DNA of 64,000 nt from contig CAWCLO010000001.1 in NCBI GenBank assembly GCA_963796455.1, forward strand, positions 128,001-192,000. Direction: 5' to 3'. Position 1 is the stretch's first letter. Each line of letters begins with the position of its first letter. The position numbers were made by a program, and so were the translations under genes. A model generated the notes under the pieces. The model saw only the letters and a list, made by a program, of their open reading frames with translations. It was not told the origin of the DNA and made no database searches. Source of the stretch: Candidatus Sulfomarinibacteraceae bacterium (GTDB lineage: Bacteria; Acidobacteriota; Thermoanaerobaculia; Thermoanaerobaculales; Sulfomarinibacteraceae). Shown one piece after another: positions 27,696-37,880 of this stretch.

Positions 27696-30338
27696 ATGAA
27701 AGAGTCAATTGGCCACCACGCCCAGATCTCCGCGAAATGCTGGTGCGCATCGGTTCTGGTTCTTCTCACGCTGACCGCCGCCAACACCGGCGCCACCAAT
27801 GTGCCGTTGATCTTCGCCGATGGATTTGCTTCCGGCGACACCTGCGCCTGGGGCGGCACTTGCGCCGATCCGGCTGTTGTCGACGGCGTATGGATCGGGA
27901 CGCTGGATTTTGACGGCACCGTGCGCCCGATCACCATCCAACTCTCGCAACGCGGCGATGGCAGGGTGATGGGCTACCTGCTCGGCGGCACCTCCAAAAG
28001 GATTGTCGTCGACGGTGAGTACGCAGCCGGAACCCTCGACCTCCGGCTGGGTTTCCAACGGGTCGACTCTGCCGACTGGGTGCGGATGGTGGGCCCAGTT
28101 GCCGGGGCGGTGTGGACGGGGACCGCGACAACCAGTCTCGGTCCGCAGGCATTTTCATTTCAGATGTGGCCCGGAGTTGTCCACGAACGACGCTACATTT
28201 TTGCCGACTCGGCTCTCGGCGAGGACGCCAACCAGGAAATGGGAGTCGCCCTGTCCGACACGGGGGTCTTTCTCAGCGGTGGTTTCTCGGGACCAACGAG
28301 CTGCCTGCTGTGGGCCTGCGATGGCGGACTGAGCTCATTTGCGGAGACCCCCGACACGATCACCTTCGGTCTCGAAACCTCCGGCGGCTGTTCCACAGGA
28401 TCTACCGCAACTGTGGTTTACAACCCGACCCAGGGCTATTTCGAGGGCAGCTACAGTTTCACCGATTGTGCCGGGACCGCCACCGGGAGCGTCGCCTCTG
28501 GACCGGTTTACGGGACCCGCAGCGACCACGTCGCACAGATCCTCAGCCGGCTCGGGAGCGTTGCCGACGAGTTCGAAGGAATCGACTCTTTTGTCGTGCC
28601 CCACCCGGCCTTTGCCGATGACTACCTCCACAACGGAGACAGCCTGACCGATCTCTTCAATTCCTGGAACTCCATGAGGGCCGGCCATGCGTCCATCGAA
28701 TTGTGGGTCGAGGAGACCCGGCAGATCACGACCGTCGAGGTGGCGCGAGCGGTCGAGAATTTTGCGATCGAGGATGGCGCCGTCTTCGAACTTTATGGCG
28801 TTGGTGAGCCGGATGACGGCTCCAAGGCCATTACCATTTACTACGACACAGTTGGCGACATCCTTTTCAACCCAGCCCACAATCCGATGCGGGTATGGGA
28901 GGAGATTGACGGCCAGTGGCTGATCTCGGGCAACCGCGAACCGGCGCTTGATCTGCCCTGGGAGTGGGCCATGTCGGGTGGCGGCGACCGCCTCGATTCC
29001 CCCACCGCCGGGAACCCGGTCCACATTTCTCTCGGCGTCTACGGGGGCCACTTCACACCCCACACCGGTCACGCCTTTGGAGACACCAAATCGAATTTCG
29101 TGGCCTATCTGCCCGCAAACGACAGCGAAATGTCCGAACTCCTCGGTGACGCCATCGGCGACGACGACGGGTTCTGCGAACCCGGCGAAGAATGTGCCTA
29201 CTACGGCGGTCTCACCGGAGACGGAACGTGTGCAGTGGACGGATGTCTGGTGCGCGACCGGACGCCCGTCTATCTCGCCCCGCAATCCGGCACGGTCAGC
29301 TATATCGAATTCCAGGAAGGACCCAGCGGAGACTATTTCGACAATCCTCCGCAATGGGTGGTGGAACTCCGTTTCGCCAGCGGGATCGTCTATCGCTTGG
29401 TGCACGTGGCGGCATTCGCGTCCGAATTTTCCGTGAAGGTGGCGGCGGCGACCGGGTGTGATCCCGAGGATTGGGCCGATTGTGGGCTGAGTAACGGCCA
29501 GGTCATTCTCGATGAAGGCGCGGGTGATCCCCCGATTCCTGTTGCCGTAGACGAGGCCATCGCCCACCCACAGATCATGGCAGCGCCCGTTCCCGGCCAC
29601 CCCGGCTACTACCTCGGCAACGGGACCTTCCCCGACTACCCGTGGGCGCAGATGGAGATCTTTGCCCGCGGGACCTTCGATCTCACAGGATACAAATTTT
29701 GTATCTACAACGCTTTGGCCGACGAAAGGTTCAGCACGCTCGAGTCGGCGCTGACGGTGGATGTCAGCAATCCGAACTCGCAGCGCTACGCTCTCGGTTT
29801 CTCACCACCGCAGTGGCAATGGGGCGCCGAGACGGCCCTCTGCAACGAGCAGGATCTGGAGCCCTTTTTCTCCAACAGCCTGACCTCGCGGCTCGGTGGG
29901 TGGTTTGAGAGGGACGAGTCGGCGACGACTCCCGACGAGATCATGGGGTGGGTGCCCATCAACAAGGAAGGGCCCGGTTATGACGCGAGCCTCTACGATC
30001 CATCGAATCCCGACGCGCTGATCATCCGTCAACGCTCGAGCGGTGGCGGTACCTTCTCCTGGCTGATGCCGGATGGCAGCACCGTCACTCCGGTTTTTGC
30101 CTCCGCCGAGGTCCTTGATGTCACCGACGACTCGATGCTCCTGATGTGGCGCGACATCGGTTACACGGCGGGCAACATTCCCGTTTACCAGCGCACCTCC
30201 TATGAGCAGGTCGCACAGGAGCTGACGATCAAATGGGGGGCCTTCGGAGCGACACCGGCGTCGACACCACACGTCTTCCTCGAACCCGGAGACACCTGCA
30301 ACGACACGACGGTGATCTGCTACGACAACGAGGAGTAA
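27696..30338 (+). CDS. Large secreted Cys-rich hypothetical protein (paralog 1)
   Basis: SD GGAGG, signal peptide and N-terminal IFADGFASGD motif; colinear homology to 59493-62104. Confidence 0.8.
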   Translation: MKESIGHHAQISAKCWCASVLVLLTLTAANTGATNVPLIFADGFASGDTCAWGGTCADPAVVDGVWIGTLDFDGTVRPITIQLSQRGDGRVMGYLLGGTSKRIVVDGEYAAGTLDLRLGFQRVDSADWVRMVGPVAGAVWTGTATTSLGPQAFSFQMWPGVVHERRYIFADSALGEDANQEMGVALSDTGVFLSGGFSGPTSCLLWACDGGLSSFAETPDTITFGLETSGGCSTGSTATVVYNPTQGYFEGSYSFTDCAGTATGSVASGPVYGTRSDHVAQILSRLGSVADEFEGIDSFVVPHPAFADDYLHNGDSLTDLFNSWNSMRAGHASIELWVEETRQITTVEVARAVENFAIEDGAVFELYGVGEPDDGSKAITIYYDTVGDILFNPAHNPMRVWEEIDGQWLISGNREPALDLPWEWAMSGGGDRLDSPTAGNPVHISLGVYGGHFTPHTGHAFGDTKSNFVAYLPANDSEMSELLGDAIGDDDGFCEPGEECAYYGGLTGDGTCAVDGCLVRDRTPVYLAPQSGTVSYIEFQEGPSGDYFDNPPQWVVELRFASGIVYRLVHVAAFASEFSVKVAAATGCDPEDWADCGLSNGQVILDEGAGDPPIPVAVDEAIAHPQIMAAPVPGHPGYYLGNGTFPDYPWAQMEIFARGTFDLTGYKFCIYNALADERFSTLESALTVDVSNPNSQRYALGFSPPQWQWGAETALCNEQDLEPFFSNSLTSRLGGWFERDESATTPDEIMGWVPINKEGPGYDASLYDPSNPDALIIRQRSSGGGTFSWLMPDGSTVTPVFASAEVLDVTDDSMLLMWRDIGYTAGNIPVYQRTSYEQVAQELTIKWGAFGATPASTPHVFLEPGDTCNDTTVICYDNEE

Positions 30339-30436
30339 CTCGGCTTCGAAAAGTCTTTTCACCCCGGGTCAAGGGAATACCGAAGGCGAAACTCCGCCAC
30401 CCGTTTCGCGGCCGTTCCGTGTATCCTCTGCGCGGC

Positions 30437-32236
30437 ATGGCACCGCTGATCACCGCACGCGAACTGACCCGGTCGCATGGGCATCGAACACTGTTCGAAG
30501 GGCTGAGCCTGACCATCGCCGAGGGCGACCGCATTGGAGTGATCGGGCCCAACGGCGCCGGGAAAACGACACTGCTGCGCATTCTTTCCGGTGATGAATT
30601 GCCCGACGCAGGCGAGGTCCACCGCCGCAAGGGCTTGCGGGTGGCCACTGTGACCCAGGAGGATGTCTTCGAACCGGAAGCCACCGTGATCGATATTGCG
30701 GCCGGCAGCGCGGCTTTCGACCCGAAGGGGACGGAAGACGAGACCGACGCCCAGGTCCGGGTTGCCATCGCGCTCGAACAACTCGGTTTCCGATCACCCG
30801 GGCAAAAGGTCGGCGAGTTATCTGGAGGTTGGCGCAAACGGCTTTCAATCGCCGCCGCCCTTGCCGCCGACCCAGAGATTCTCCTACTCGACGAGCCAAC
30901 CAATCACCTCGATCTGGACGGCATTCTCTGGCTCGAGAAGATGCTGCTTTCGAGCCGGTTGCTGGCCTACATCGTCATCACCCACGACCGGAGTTTTCTC
31001 GACCGTGTTGCCAATCGTGTGGTCGAGGTAGCGCCGCAATACCCCGGCGGCTCCTTTTCCGCCTCCGGCAGCTACACGACCTTTCTGGAGAAACGAGCCC
31101 AATACCTGGAGGCGCGGGCCCAGTACCGCGATAGCCTCGCCAACCGGGTACGGCGGGAGCTCGAATGGCTCGGGCGCGGCCCCAAGGCACGGACCACCAA
31201 GGCCCAGGCACGGATCGACCAGGCCGATCGTCTGATGAGTGATCTCGCCCAGGTCCGGGCCGAGTTGGCCACCTCCCAGGTCGGTATCGAAATGAGCGCT
31301 TCGGGCCGGCGCACCAAACGGTTGCTGGTGGCTTCGGGGGTCGACAAGTCATTTGGCGAAAATCAGCTCTTGAAAAACCTCGACCTCGTTTTACAGCCGG
31401 GCCAGCGGCTCGGTGTGGTGGGCTCCAATGGCAGCGGCAAGAGCACCCTGCTCAAAATCCTTGCCGGCGATCTCGAGCCCGACAACGGCATCATCCGCCG
31501 TGCCGAACACCTCCAGGTGGTGCACTTCGATCAGGCCCGGACGCAGCTCGACCAGACCCTCCCACTCCGCCGCGCCCTGGCGCCGGAGGGAGACACAGTG
31601 GTCTACCGTGAACGCGAGGTCCACGTGGTGACCTGGGCCCGCCGTTTCCAATTTCGCGATGATCAACTCGACCAACCGGTCAGCGAACTGTCCGGCGGCG
31701 AACAGGCGCGCGTCCATATCGCCCGCCTGATGCTCCAACCCGCCGACCTCCTCCTGCTCGACGAACCGACGAACGACCTCGACATCCCGACCCTCGAGGT
31801 GCTCGAGGAGGGCCTGCTCGACTTTCCGGGAGCATTGGTGTTGGTCTCGCACGACCGCTATCTGCTGGATCGAGTGAGCTCGGTGCTGCTTGGTCTCGAC
31901 GGGAGCGGCACTGCGACTCCCTTCGCCGACGTCGAACAGTGGCTTGGACACCGCACACCGGCAAAAGCCGCGCCACGACGAACACAGTTCAAACGACCTC
32001 GCGAGAAATCCCGGCGAAGCGGGCTCAGCTATCTCGAAAAACGTGAATACGAAGCCATGGAGGAAACCATCCTCGGCGCTGAAACCGAGCTCGAGTCGGC
32101 AGCCGATCACCTGGCGGATCCGCAGGTAGCCTCGAACGCCGAGGCCGCTCATGACGCATTCCTCGCGCACGAAAAGGCGAAGGAACGGGTCGCCGACCTC
32201 TACCGTCGCTGGGCCGAACTCGAGGACAAGATCTAA
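30437..32236 (+). CDS. uup: ABC-F family ATPase, Uup-like
   Basis: Two ABC domains (GPNGAGKT, LSGGW, DEPTNHLD; GSNGSGKS, LSGGE), PKARTTK linker and C-terminal coiled coil ending YRRWAELE. Confidence 0.85.
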   Translation: MAPLITARELTRSHGHRTLFEGLSLTIAEGDRIGVIGPNGAGKTTLLRILSGDELPDAGEVHRRKGLRVATVTQEDVFEPEATVIDIAAGSAAFDPKGTEDETDAQVRVAIALEQLGFRSPGQKVGELSGGWRKRLSIAAALAADPEILLLDEPTNHLDLDGILWLEKMLLSSRLLAYIVITHDRSFLDRVANRVVEVAPQYPGGSFSASGSYTTFLEKRAQYLEARAQYRDSLANRVRRELEWLGRGPKARTTKAQARIDQADRLMSDLAQVRAELATSQVGIEMSASGRRTKRLLVASGVDKSFGENQLLKNLDLVLQPGQRLGVVGSNGSGKSTLLKILAGDLEPDNGIIRRAEHLQVVHFDQARTQLDQTLPLRRALAPEGDTVVYREREVHVVTWARRFQFRDDQLDQPVSELSGGEQARVHIARLMLQPADLLLLDEPTNDLDIPTLEVLEEGLLDFPGALVLVSHDRYLLDRVSSVLLGLDGSGTATPFADVEQWLGHRTPAKAAPRRTQFKRPREKSRRSGLSYLEKREYEAMEETILGAETELESAADHLADPQVASNAEAAHDAFLAHEKAKERVADLYRRWAELEDKI

Positions 32237-32336
32237 CTGCCGGTTCTCACCAGGCATCTGCTGCGGCCGGTGATGGGTTGCACCGAGAGCTGAAGGTGGG
32301 CCAAGGCCCACCTTCAGAGTTGTTTTCCACTGCCTG

Positions 32337-32728
32337 GATCACTCGGCCCAGGTGGGAAGTGTCGGACAGCGATCAGGGACAGGTACAGGGAACGGCGGAC
32401 AGCGTCAGCGAACATGAGTCAGCGGCAGCGGTCAGTTTTCAGCGGCTGCCTTCAGCCACAGCCTGTCGAGTACGGATGGCACAAAACGCTCAATTCAGGA
32501 AAGTTGGTTGAGCAATCGCCAGGTCGTCGTACGGATCTGATCGCTGCCGCTGATTGCTGAATACTGATCGCTGTTCCCCGTCTCTGGTCCCTGTCGCTGC
32601 CGCTGCAATTCGGGCACGGGCGCGGGCGCGGGGCAACCGCGAACCGGGAATGGCAAAAACAAACCTATAGACCTCGTGTTGTCAGGTGGGCAACTTCAAA
32701 TGACGATTTGTTTTGGACGGCTGTGACT
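32337..32728 (-). repeat. Copy C of the CAGCG/CGCTG element (gene-less, both ends retained)
   Basis: GATCACTCxxxCCAGGTG end matches the right end of copy A. 32590-32728 is the reverse complement of copy A 325-468. Confidence 0.85.
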
Positions 32729-32779
32729 CCCAATGCTCGATGCACTGCATCTCTTGCTGTCCGACGGAAAGGTGCGAGA

Positions 32780-34180
32780 ATGGTCGATCTGAAGGATCCA
32801 ACCAAGGGGAGTCACGCAACAATGTTCGATACTCGAGCGATCACCAAATCGTTGACCGATTTCGTATGGGGGCAGGATCGGGTCGGTCTGACTGCCCTGC
32901 TCGATGAGCTGCCGGTGGGCGACATCCAGCTGATCCTCTCGAGGATCGATTCGAGCGACCGGGCCGAAATGATCAAATTGCTGGATCCCGCCGATGCCGC
33001 TCGACTCCTGCTGAACCTCATGGACTTGCAACCTCAGGATCTGCTGACCCTGGTTTCACCCGAGACCGCCGCCGACATTCTTCATCAATTGCCGAGCAAC
33101 ATCGAAACCGATCTCATTTCGGCCATGAAACCGAGCGAGGCTGAACGGATCCTCGCCCTGCTACCCAAACGAGAAACCGACGGAGTTCTGGCGCTGGCTC
33201 GGTACGACTCCGATACCGCCGGCGGGCTGATGGTGACCGAGATTCTCTCCTACCCGGAGATCGCAACGGTCCAACACGTGGTCGATGACATGCGGGCCAA
33301 TGCATCGGTCTACGCGTCTTATAACGTCCAGTACATCTACGTCACACGTACCAACGGAATCCTCGCCGGAGTGCTCAAGATCCGGGATTTGTTGCTCAGC
33401 AGCGAAGAAACCGTACTCGAAGATCTGATCTCCGGGCAACCGGTGACTGTGGACCATCATGCTCCACTGCAGGAACTCCATGACCTCTTCGACCGCTATC
33501 GATTCCTCGGCCTGCCGGTGGTGGACGACGGCACCCTTGTGGGCGTTATTCGACGGGCGGCTGTCGAGGAGGCCATCGCCGACAAGACGGCACGCCAGTT
33601 TCGTCTCGTGCAGGGCATCATCGGCGGCGAAGAAGTCCGCACGCTCCCGGTCACGGTTCGTTCCGGCCGACGCCTGGCATTTCTCAGCGCCAACATCGTG
33701 CTCAACGTACTGGCGGCGAGCGTCATCGTCTATTTCGAGGACACTCTTTCCAGTCTGATTGCCCTGGCGGCGTTTCTGCCCATCATCTCCGACATGAGCG
33801 GGTGTTCGGGGAATCAGGCGGTCGCCGTCAGCATGCGCGAGCTGTCATTGGGGTTGGTGCGACCGCGGGAAGTTCTGAGGGTTCTGTCGAAAGAAGCCAG
33901 CGTTGGCGTCATCAACGGCGCCGCCCTCGGCGCGCTACTCGGCATCGTGGCGTGGTTATGGCGCGGCAGCCCAATCCTCGGTCTGGTGGTCGGGGCGGCC
34001 CTGGCCATCAACACCGTCGTCGCCGTCTCGATCGGAGGAACAGTTCCACTCCTCCTGCGCGGGCTCGGGGTCGACCCGGCTCTGGCTTCAGGGCCGATCT
34101 TGACGACGGTCACTGATATTTGCGGGTTCTTCTTTGCTCTCGGCCTGGCAGCGCTGGCTATGTCAAACGGTCTTCTCTAG
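32780..34180 (+). CDS. mgtE: Magnesium transporter MgtE
   Basis: N-domain, TAGGLM, CBS pair, GCSGNQ, DPALASGPILTTVTD. Start may be 32822. Confidence 0.93.
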   Translation: MVDLKDPTKGSHATMFDTRAITKSLTDFVWGQDRVGLTALLDELPVGDIQLILSRIDSSDRAEMIKLLDPADAARLLLNLMDLQPQDLLTLVSPETAADILHQLPSNIETDLISAMKPSEAERILALLPKRETDGVLALARYDSDTAGGLMVTEILSYPEIATVQHVVDDMRANASVYASYNVQYIYVTRTNGILAGVLKIRDLLLSSEETVLEDLISGQPVTVDHHAPLQELHDLFDRYRFLGLPVVDDGTLVGVIRRAAVEEAIADKTARQFRLVQGIIGGEEVRTLPVTVRSGRRLAFLSANIVLNVLAASVIVYFEDTLSSLIALAAFLPIISDMSGCSGNQAVAVSMRELSLGLVRPREVLRVLSKEASVGVINGAALGALLGIVAWLWRGSPILGLVVGAALAINTVVAVSIGGTVPLLLRGLGVDPALASGPILTTVTDICGFFFALGLAALAMSNGLL

Positions 34181-34229
34181 CCCGAAAAGGGATCAGGAGC
34201 CGGGGCACTTCACAGGAAGAACGGGTTTG

Positions 34230-35894
34230 TCAGCGGCGACTGCCGTTGCGCTTGCCATCACTCCACTCGCGGAACTTGACTCTGGGGTCGCGCGGGTCGG
34301 GGCGGCCGACTGAACGGCTGAAGGCCTTGGCGATCTTGGGGTTGACCTCCACCATCGAGGAATGACCGCCGATGGTGATGGCGCCAACGTCCTTGCTTTT
34401 GATGTCGCCCCGGCGACAGACGATCGCCAACAGACGCCGGGGATCAGCACCATGGTTCTTGCCCCAACTGACCTGGAAGCGGGCCCAATTCGAGACCGAT
34501 GGCCGGCGGCTGTTTTTTCGATTGGGGCGGCCATCCCAACGGTCGTTCGAGGCCGCCGGCGCGATATCGCGCGGTTGGCACGGGCCGTTGTGATCGGCCT
34601 CGCCGAGCAGGGTTGCGACCACACTCACCGGATCGCGATCCTCGAGCAATTCGGCTGCCACCCTCTGGAGGCGGTTCATTTCGTTTTCGTTTCCGGCGTC
34701 GATCTCGGTGAATTTCTCGAGCAGGCGCCGGTCGGCTGCGACGTGGATTTCCTCAGAATTGGGAATCTCGGCCCGAACGGCCTTGACTCCTGCCTGGCGC
34801 AACATCGCATCCACCCGGCGGACTGCCCGCGGGGGCACGAAGATCAGGCTCCGGCCCTTGCGGCCGGCACGCCCGGTACGGCCGCTGCGGTGGGTCAGCA
34901 CCTCGGCGTTTTCAGGAAGATCGACGTGGATGACCTGGGCGATGTCCTGGACGTCGAGGCCGCGCGCCGCCACGTCAGTGGCCACGATGATTGGCGTCTG
35001 ACCCCGCCGGAAGGCGTTCAAGGTGGCGGTGCGTTCGCGTTGATTGAGGTCTCCGGAGAGCGGCCGCACCGCAAAACCGAGCTCGGCAAGGGCGTCGGAC
35101 AAACCGGCGGTGTCGATCCGGGTGCGGACGAAGATCAGGGTCTTGGCATCGGGTTCCGTGAGGAGAACGTTGACCAGTGCATCGAGCCTTTGATTCGCAG
35201 CCACCACCATGGTTGCATAGGTGATATCGGTATTCGATTTGCCGGGTTTCGTGCCGGCAACCATCACGGAATCCTGCTGATGGCGCGCCGCCACCGATCG
35301 AACCGACGACGGGAAGGTCGCCGACACGAGGTGGGTGCGGCGCTCGGGCGGCGTGGCGTCCAGGATCGCCGTGACCTCCTCCTCGAATCCCATGGCCAAC
35401 ATCTCGTCGGCCTCGTCAAGGGCAACCACCTGCACTCTGTCGAGCTCCAGGCTGCCCCGCTCGAGGTGATCTCGCACCCGCCCGGGAGTGCCCACCAGAA
35501 CCTGCGGGTGACGTTTGAGTTCGCGAAAATCGATCCCGAGCGATGTGCCACCGGTCAGCGACACAACGGTGGCGCCCAGGGGCTTGAACAACCACGAGAG
35601 TTCTGCGGCCAGTTGAACCGCCAGCTCACGTGTGGGTGCCACGAGCAACACCGAGGGCCGCGCCGCTCCCGACACACCGTTCTTTTCGGCCGCCGCGGTG
35701 GCAACATCTTCGGCGACGACGAGACCAAGAGCCACCGTCTTGCCGGAGCCTGTCTGCGACGAAATCCGCAGATCGCGTCCCGCGATGTCCGGATTCAAAA
35801 CAGCCGTCTGGATTGGGGTGAGTTCAGTGAAGCCACGTGTAGCGAGAACCGCGCCGAGGCCTGCGGGGACCTCTGCAAAGGAGATTTCATGCAT
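34230..35894 (-). CDS. DEAD-box RNA helicase with DbpA-type RNA-binding domain (DeaD/CsdA-like)
   Basis: Q motif TPIQ, QTGSGKT, PTRELA, TPGR, DEAD, SAT, TDVAARGLD and HRSGRTGR. Confidence 0.93.
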   Translation of the reverse strand: MHEISFAEVPAGLGAVLATRGFTELTPIQTAVLNPDIAGRDLRISSQTGSGKTVALGLVVAEDVATAAAEKNGVSGAARPSVLLVAPTRELAVQLAAELSWLFKPLGATVVSLTGGTSLGIDFRELKRHPQVLVGTPGRVRDHLERGSLELDRVQVVALDEADEMLAMGFEEEVTAILDATPPERRTHLVSATFPSSVRSVAARHQQDSVMVAGTKPGKSNTDITYATMVVAANQRLDALVNVLLTEPDAKTLIFVRTRIDTAGLSDALAELGFAVRPLSGDLNQRERTATLNAFRRGQTPIIVATDVAARGLDVQDIAQVIHVDLPENAEVLTHRSGRTGRAGRKGRSLIFVPPRAVRRVDAMLRQAGVKAVRAEIPNSEEIHVAADRRLLEKFTEIDAGNENEMNRLQRVAAELLEDRDPVSVVATLLGEADHNGPCQPRDIAPAASNDRWDGRPNRKNSRRPSVSNWARFQVSWGKNHGADPRRLLAIVCRRGDIKSKDVGAITIGGHSSMVEVNPKIAKAFSRSVGRPDPRDPRVKFREWSDGKRNGSRR

Positions 35895-36009
35895 TTTTTT
35901 TCCTGTGGGTACGGTCGCGGGCGCCTTGAGCCTGAAACACCGGGACGGGGTCAATTGGAGGGTAGCTGGTGTTGGCTCGTGTATGAAGCAGCGCACCCAG
36001 GACGGCCGG

Positions 36010-36018
36010 AGTATAGCA
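36010..36018 (-). promoter_or_regulatory. Putative extended -10 promoter of the DEAD-box helicase
   Basis: TGcTATACT on the minus strand about 115 nt upstream of ATG 35894. Confidence 0.45.
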
Positions 36019-36097
36019 GAAAACGTAAAATCAGGTCGAATAGCCGCATTCTTCGCCAAAAACTACAACACAACGCCAATTCTCACACTCTTCCCTC

Positions 36098-36420
36098 TAA
36101 GGCGGTGTCCCGGACAGCGATCAGGGACAGCGACGGGGAGCAGCAGACAGCGTCAGCGGTCAGTGATCCGCGACAGCAGCCAGCGCTCACGTCTTCGGAT
36201 TCGAAAGCTGCCATGTCTTGGTACGGACCTGATCGCTGGCCCTGAACACTGATTGCTGCCCCCTGTCCCTGTTCGCTGTTGCCTGTCGCTGACGCTGAAC
36301 CCTGTCGCTGCCGCTGGCGCTGGACACTGTCGCTGCAATTCGGGATCGGGAACGGGTACGTGCGAACCGCGAACCGGAAATACCAAAATCCAACCGGTCA
36401 ACGGCCGACGCTTTCAGTTT
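36098..36420 (-). repeat. Copy D of the CAGCG/CGCTG element (gene-less)
   Basis: GGACAGCGATCAGGGACAG start as in copy C; core CTCACGTCTTCGGATTCGAAAGCTGCCATGTCTTGGTACGGACCT matches copy B; followed by GCAATTCGGG...AACCGCGAACCGGAAATACCAAAA. Confidence 0.8.
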
Positions 36421-36503
36421 CCCCACAATTCCCCCATTTCTCTCGTGGATAGTGGTCCCACATTCGAGGAACGAGAACAAAACACGGAAGGAGATCTGGT
36501 GTC

Positions 36504-37049
36504 ATGAAAAAGAACCTGGCGATTTCTCTATTGGTTGGGATCCTGGTGCTTGCGGTACCAAACGCATTGGCGGAAGACCCGGAAGAGCTCGAAAAGGCCC
36601 GTTGCGGCAAGTGTTCGCCGGCCGGTATCTTCTACGGCGGAGCCGAGCTTGACGAAGAAGGTCTGTTCTTCAAGTGGATCCTCAATGTCACGCCGGAGAA
36701 GAATGGACGATACCTGGTCAGCGCCTACGCGGGCTGGGGTGCCGGTGTGCCTATCGCGACACCGATAAACGCGACCTCGGTACGGATCGGACGAAATAAA
36801 TACGAGTTCTTCGGCATCGGGTATCAGAACACCGATGACTCGTATCCGCCACTCAACCCGCCGATTATCATCGCGGTTCACGGATACATGCAGATGATCG
36901 ACTGCGATACGATCCGTGCCGAATACGACTTCCAGGGTATCTATGCGTGGGGCATGGAGCCCTTTGTCGACCCACCTCTCGATGACCTCGGTTTCTGGTC
37001 TGAAGACTATAAGAGGATGGAAAACCCCGAGTGGCCGCCCGACTGGTAG
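36504..37049 (+). CDS. Secreted hypothetical protein
   Basis: SD AAGGAG, signal peptide and beta-rich composition; no recognised family. Confidence 0.65.
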   Translation: MKKNLAISLLVGILVLAVPNALAEDPEELEKARCGKCSPAGIFYGGAELDEEGLFFKWILNVTPEKNGRYLVSAYAGWGAGVPIATPINATSVRIGRNKYEFFGIGYQNTDDSYPPLNPPIIIAVHGYMQMIDCDTIRAEYDFQGIYAWGMEPFVDPPLDDLGFWSEDYKRMENPEWPPDW

Positions 37050-37147
37050 GTCAGCCTCGCTTTCAAGACCCGAAATCCTTCAGCTGAGGTCGGTCCCGAC
37101 AATTAGAAACCGCACCCATCCGTTCGCTGAAGATGTCACAATGCGGT

Positions 37148-37762
37148 ATGGAAAACCGCCGCTATTTTGACGCCAAGGCAGAGGATTGGGATATCGATCC
37201 CAGGGTCGAACGGGCTCGGGTCATCGCGGCCTGTCTTGCCGAACAGATTCAACTGTCGCCGACCACGACGGCGGTCGATTTCGGCTGCGGCACCGGACTT
37301 CTGGGTTTTGCCCTGCTGCCCAATGTCGGACACCTGACCCTGGCTGATCCATCCAGCGGAATGCTCAAGGTGGCGGAGCTCAAGATCACGGCCGAAGACA
37401 AGGACCGGGTCACGATTCTGCATCTCGAAGGTGAGGGCGAGATCCTGCCCGATTCATACGACCTGATTGTGAGCCTCATGACGCTCCACCACATCCCCGA
37501 AACCGAGGAGGTGGTCCGGAGCCTGACACAGCACCTCAACCCTGGCGGGACCCTTGCGCTGGCCGACCTCGATTCCGAAGACGGTTCCTTCCATGGGCCG
37601 GACGCCGATGTTCATCTCGGCTTCGAGCGCTCGGTCATCAGAAACTGGATGATTGACAGTGGGCTGCGCGGGGTCAGTGATTCAACGCCCTGGACGATGC
37701 ACAAGCGGGTGGACGACGTCGACCGCGAGTATCCCCTCTTCCTGATCACTGGGCAGCGCTGA
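37148..37762 (+). CDS. Class I SAM-dependent methyltransferase
   Basis: VDFGCGTG, YDLIVSLMTLHH and LNPGG motifs. Confidence 0.9.
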   Translation: MENRRYFDAKAEDWDIDPRVERARVIAACLAEQIQLSPTTTAVDFGCGTGLLGFALLPNVGHLTLADPSSGMLKVAELKITAEDKDRVTILHLEGEGEILPDSYDLIVSLMTLHHIPETEEVVRSLTQHLNPGGTLALADLDSEDGSFHGPDADVHLGFERSVIRNWMIDSGLRGVSDSTPWTMHKRVDDVDREYPLFLITGQR

Positions 37763-37807
37763 TTTCCACACCGGAGGGTTCGCCTGCCGAGTGACAGCGA
37801 AAAACCG

Positions 37808-37862
37808 AATTCAAAAACGGCAAGGGGCGTGGGGAACCGCGAACCGGATCTACCAAAAACCT
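37808..37862 (-). repeat. Copy G: short fragment of the element left module
   Basis: AATTC...GGGGAACCGCGAACCGGATCTACCAAAAAC resembles 32631-32660 and 36364-36388. Confidence 0.55.
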
Positions 37863-37880
37863 CAGCGAGAAGCTCGGTTG

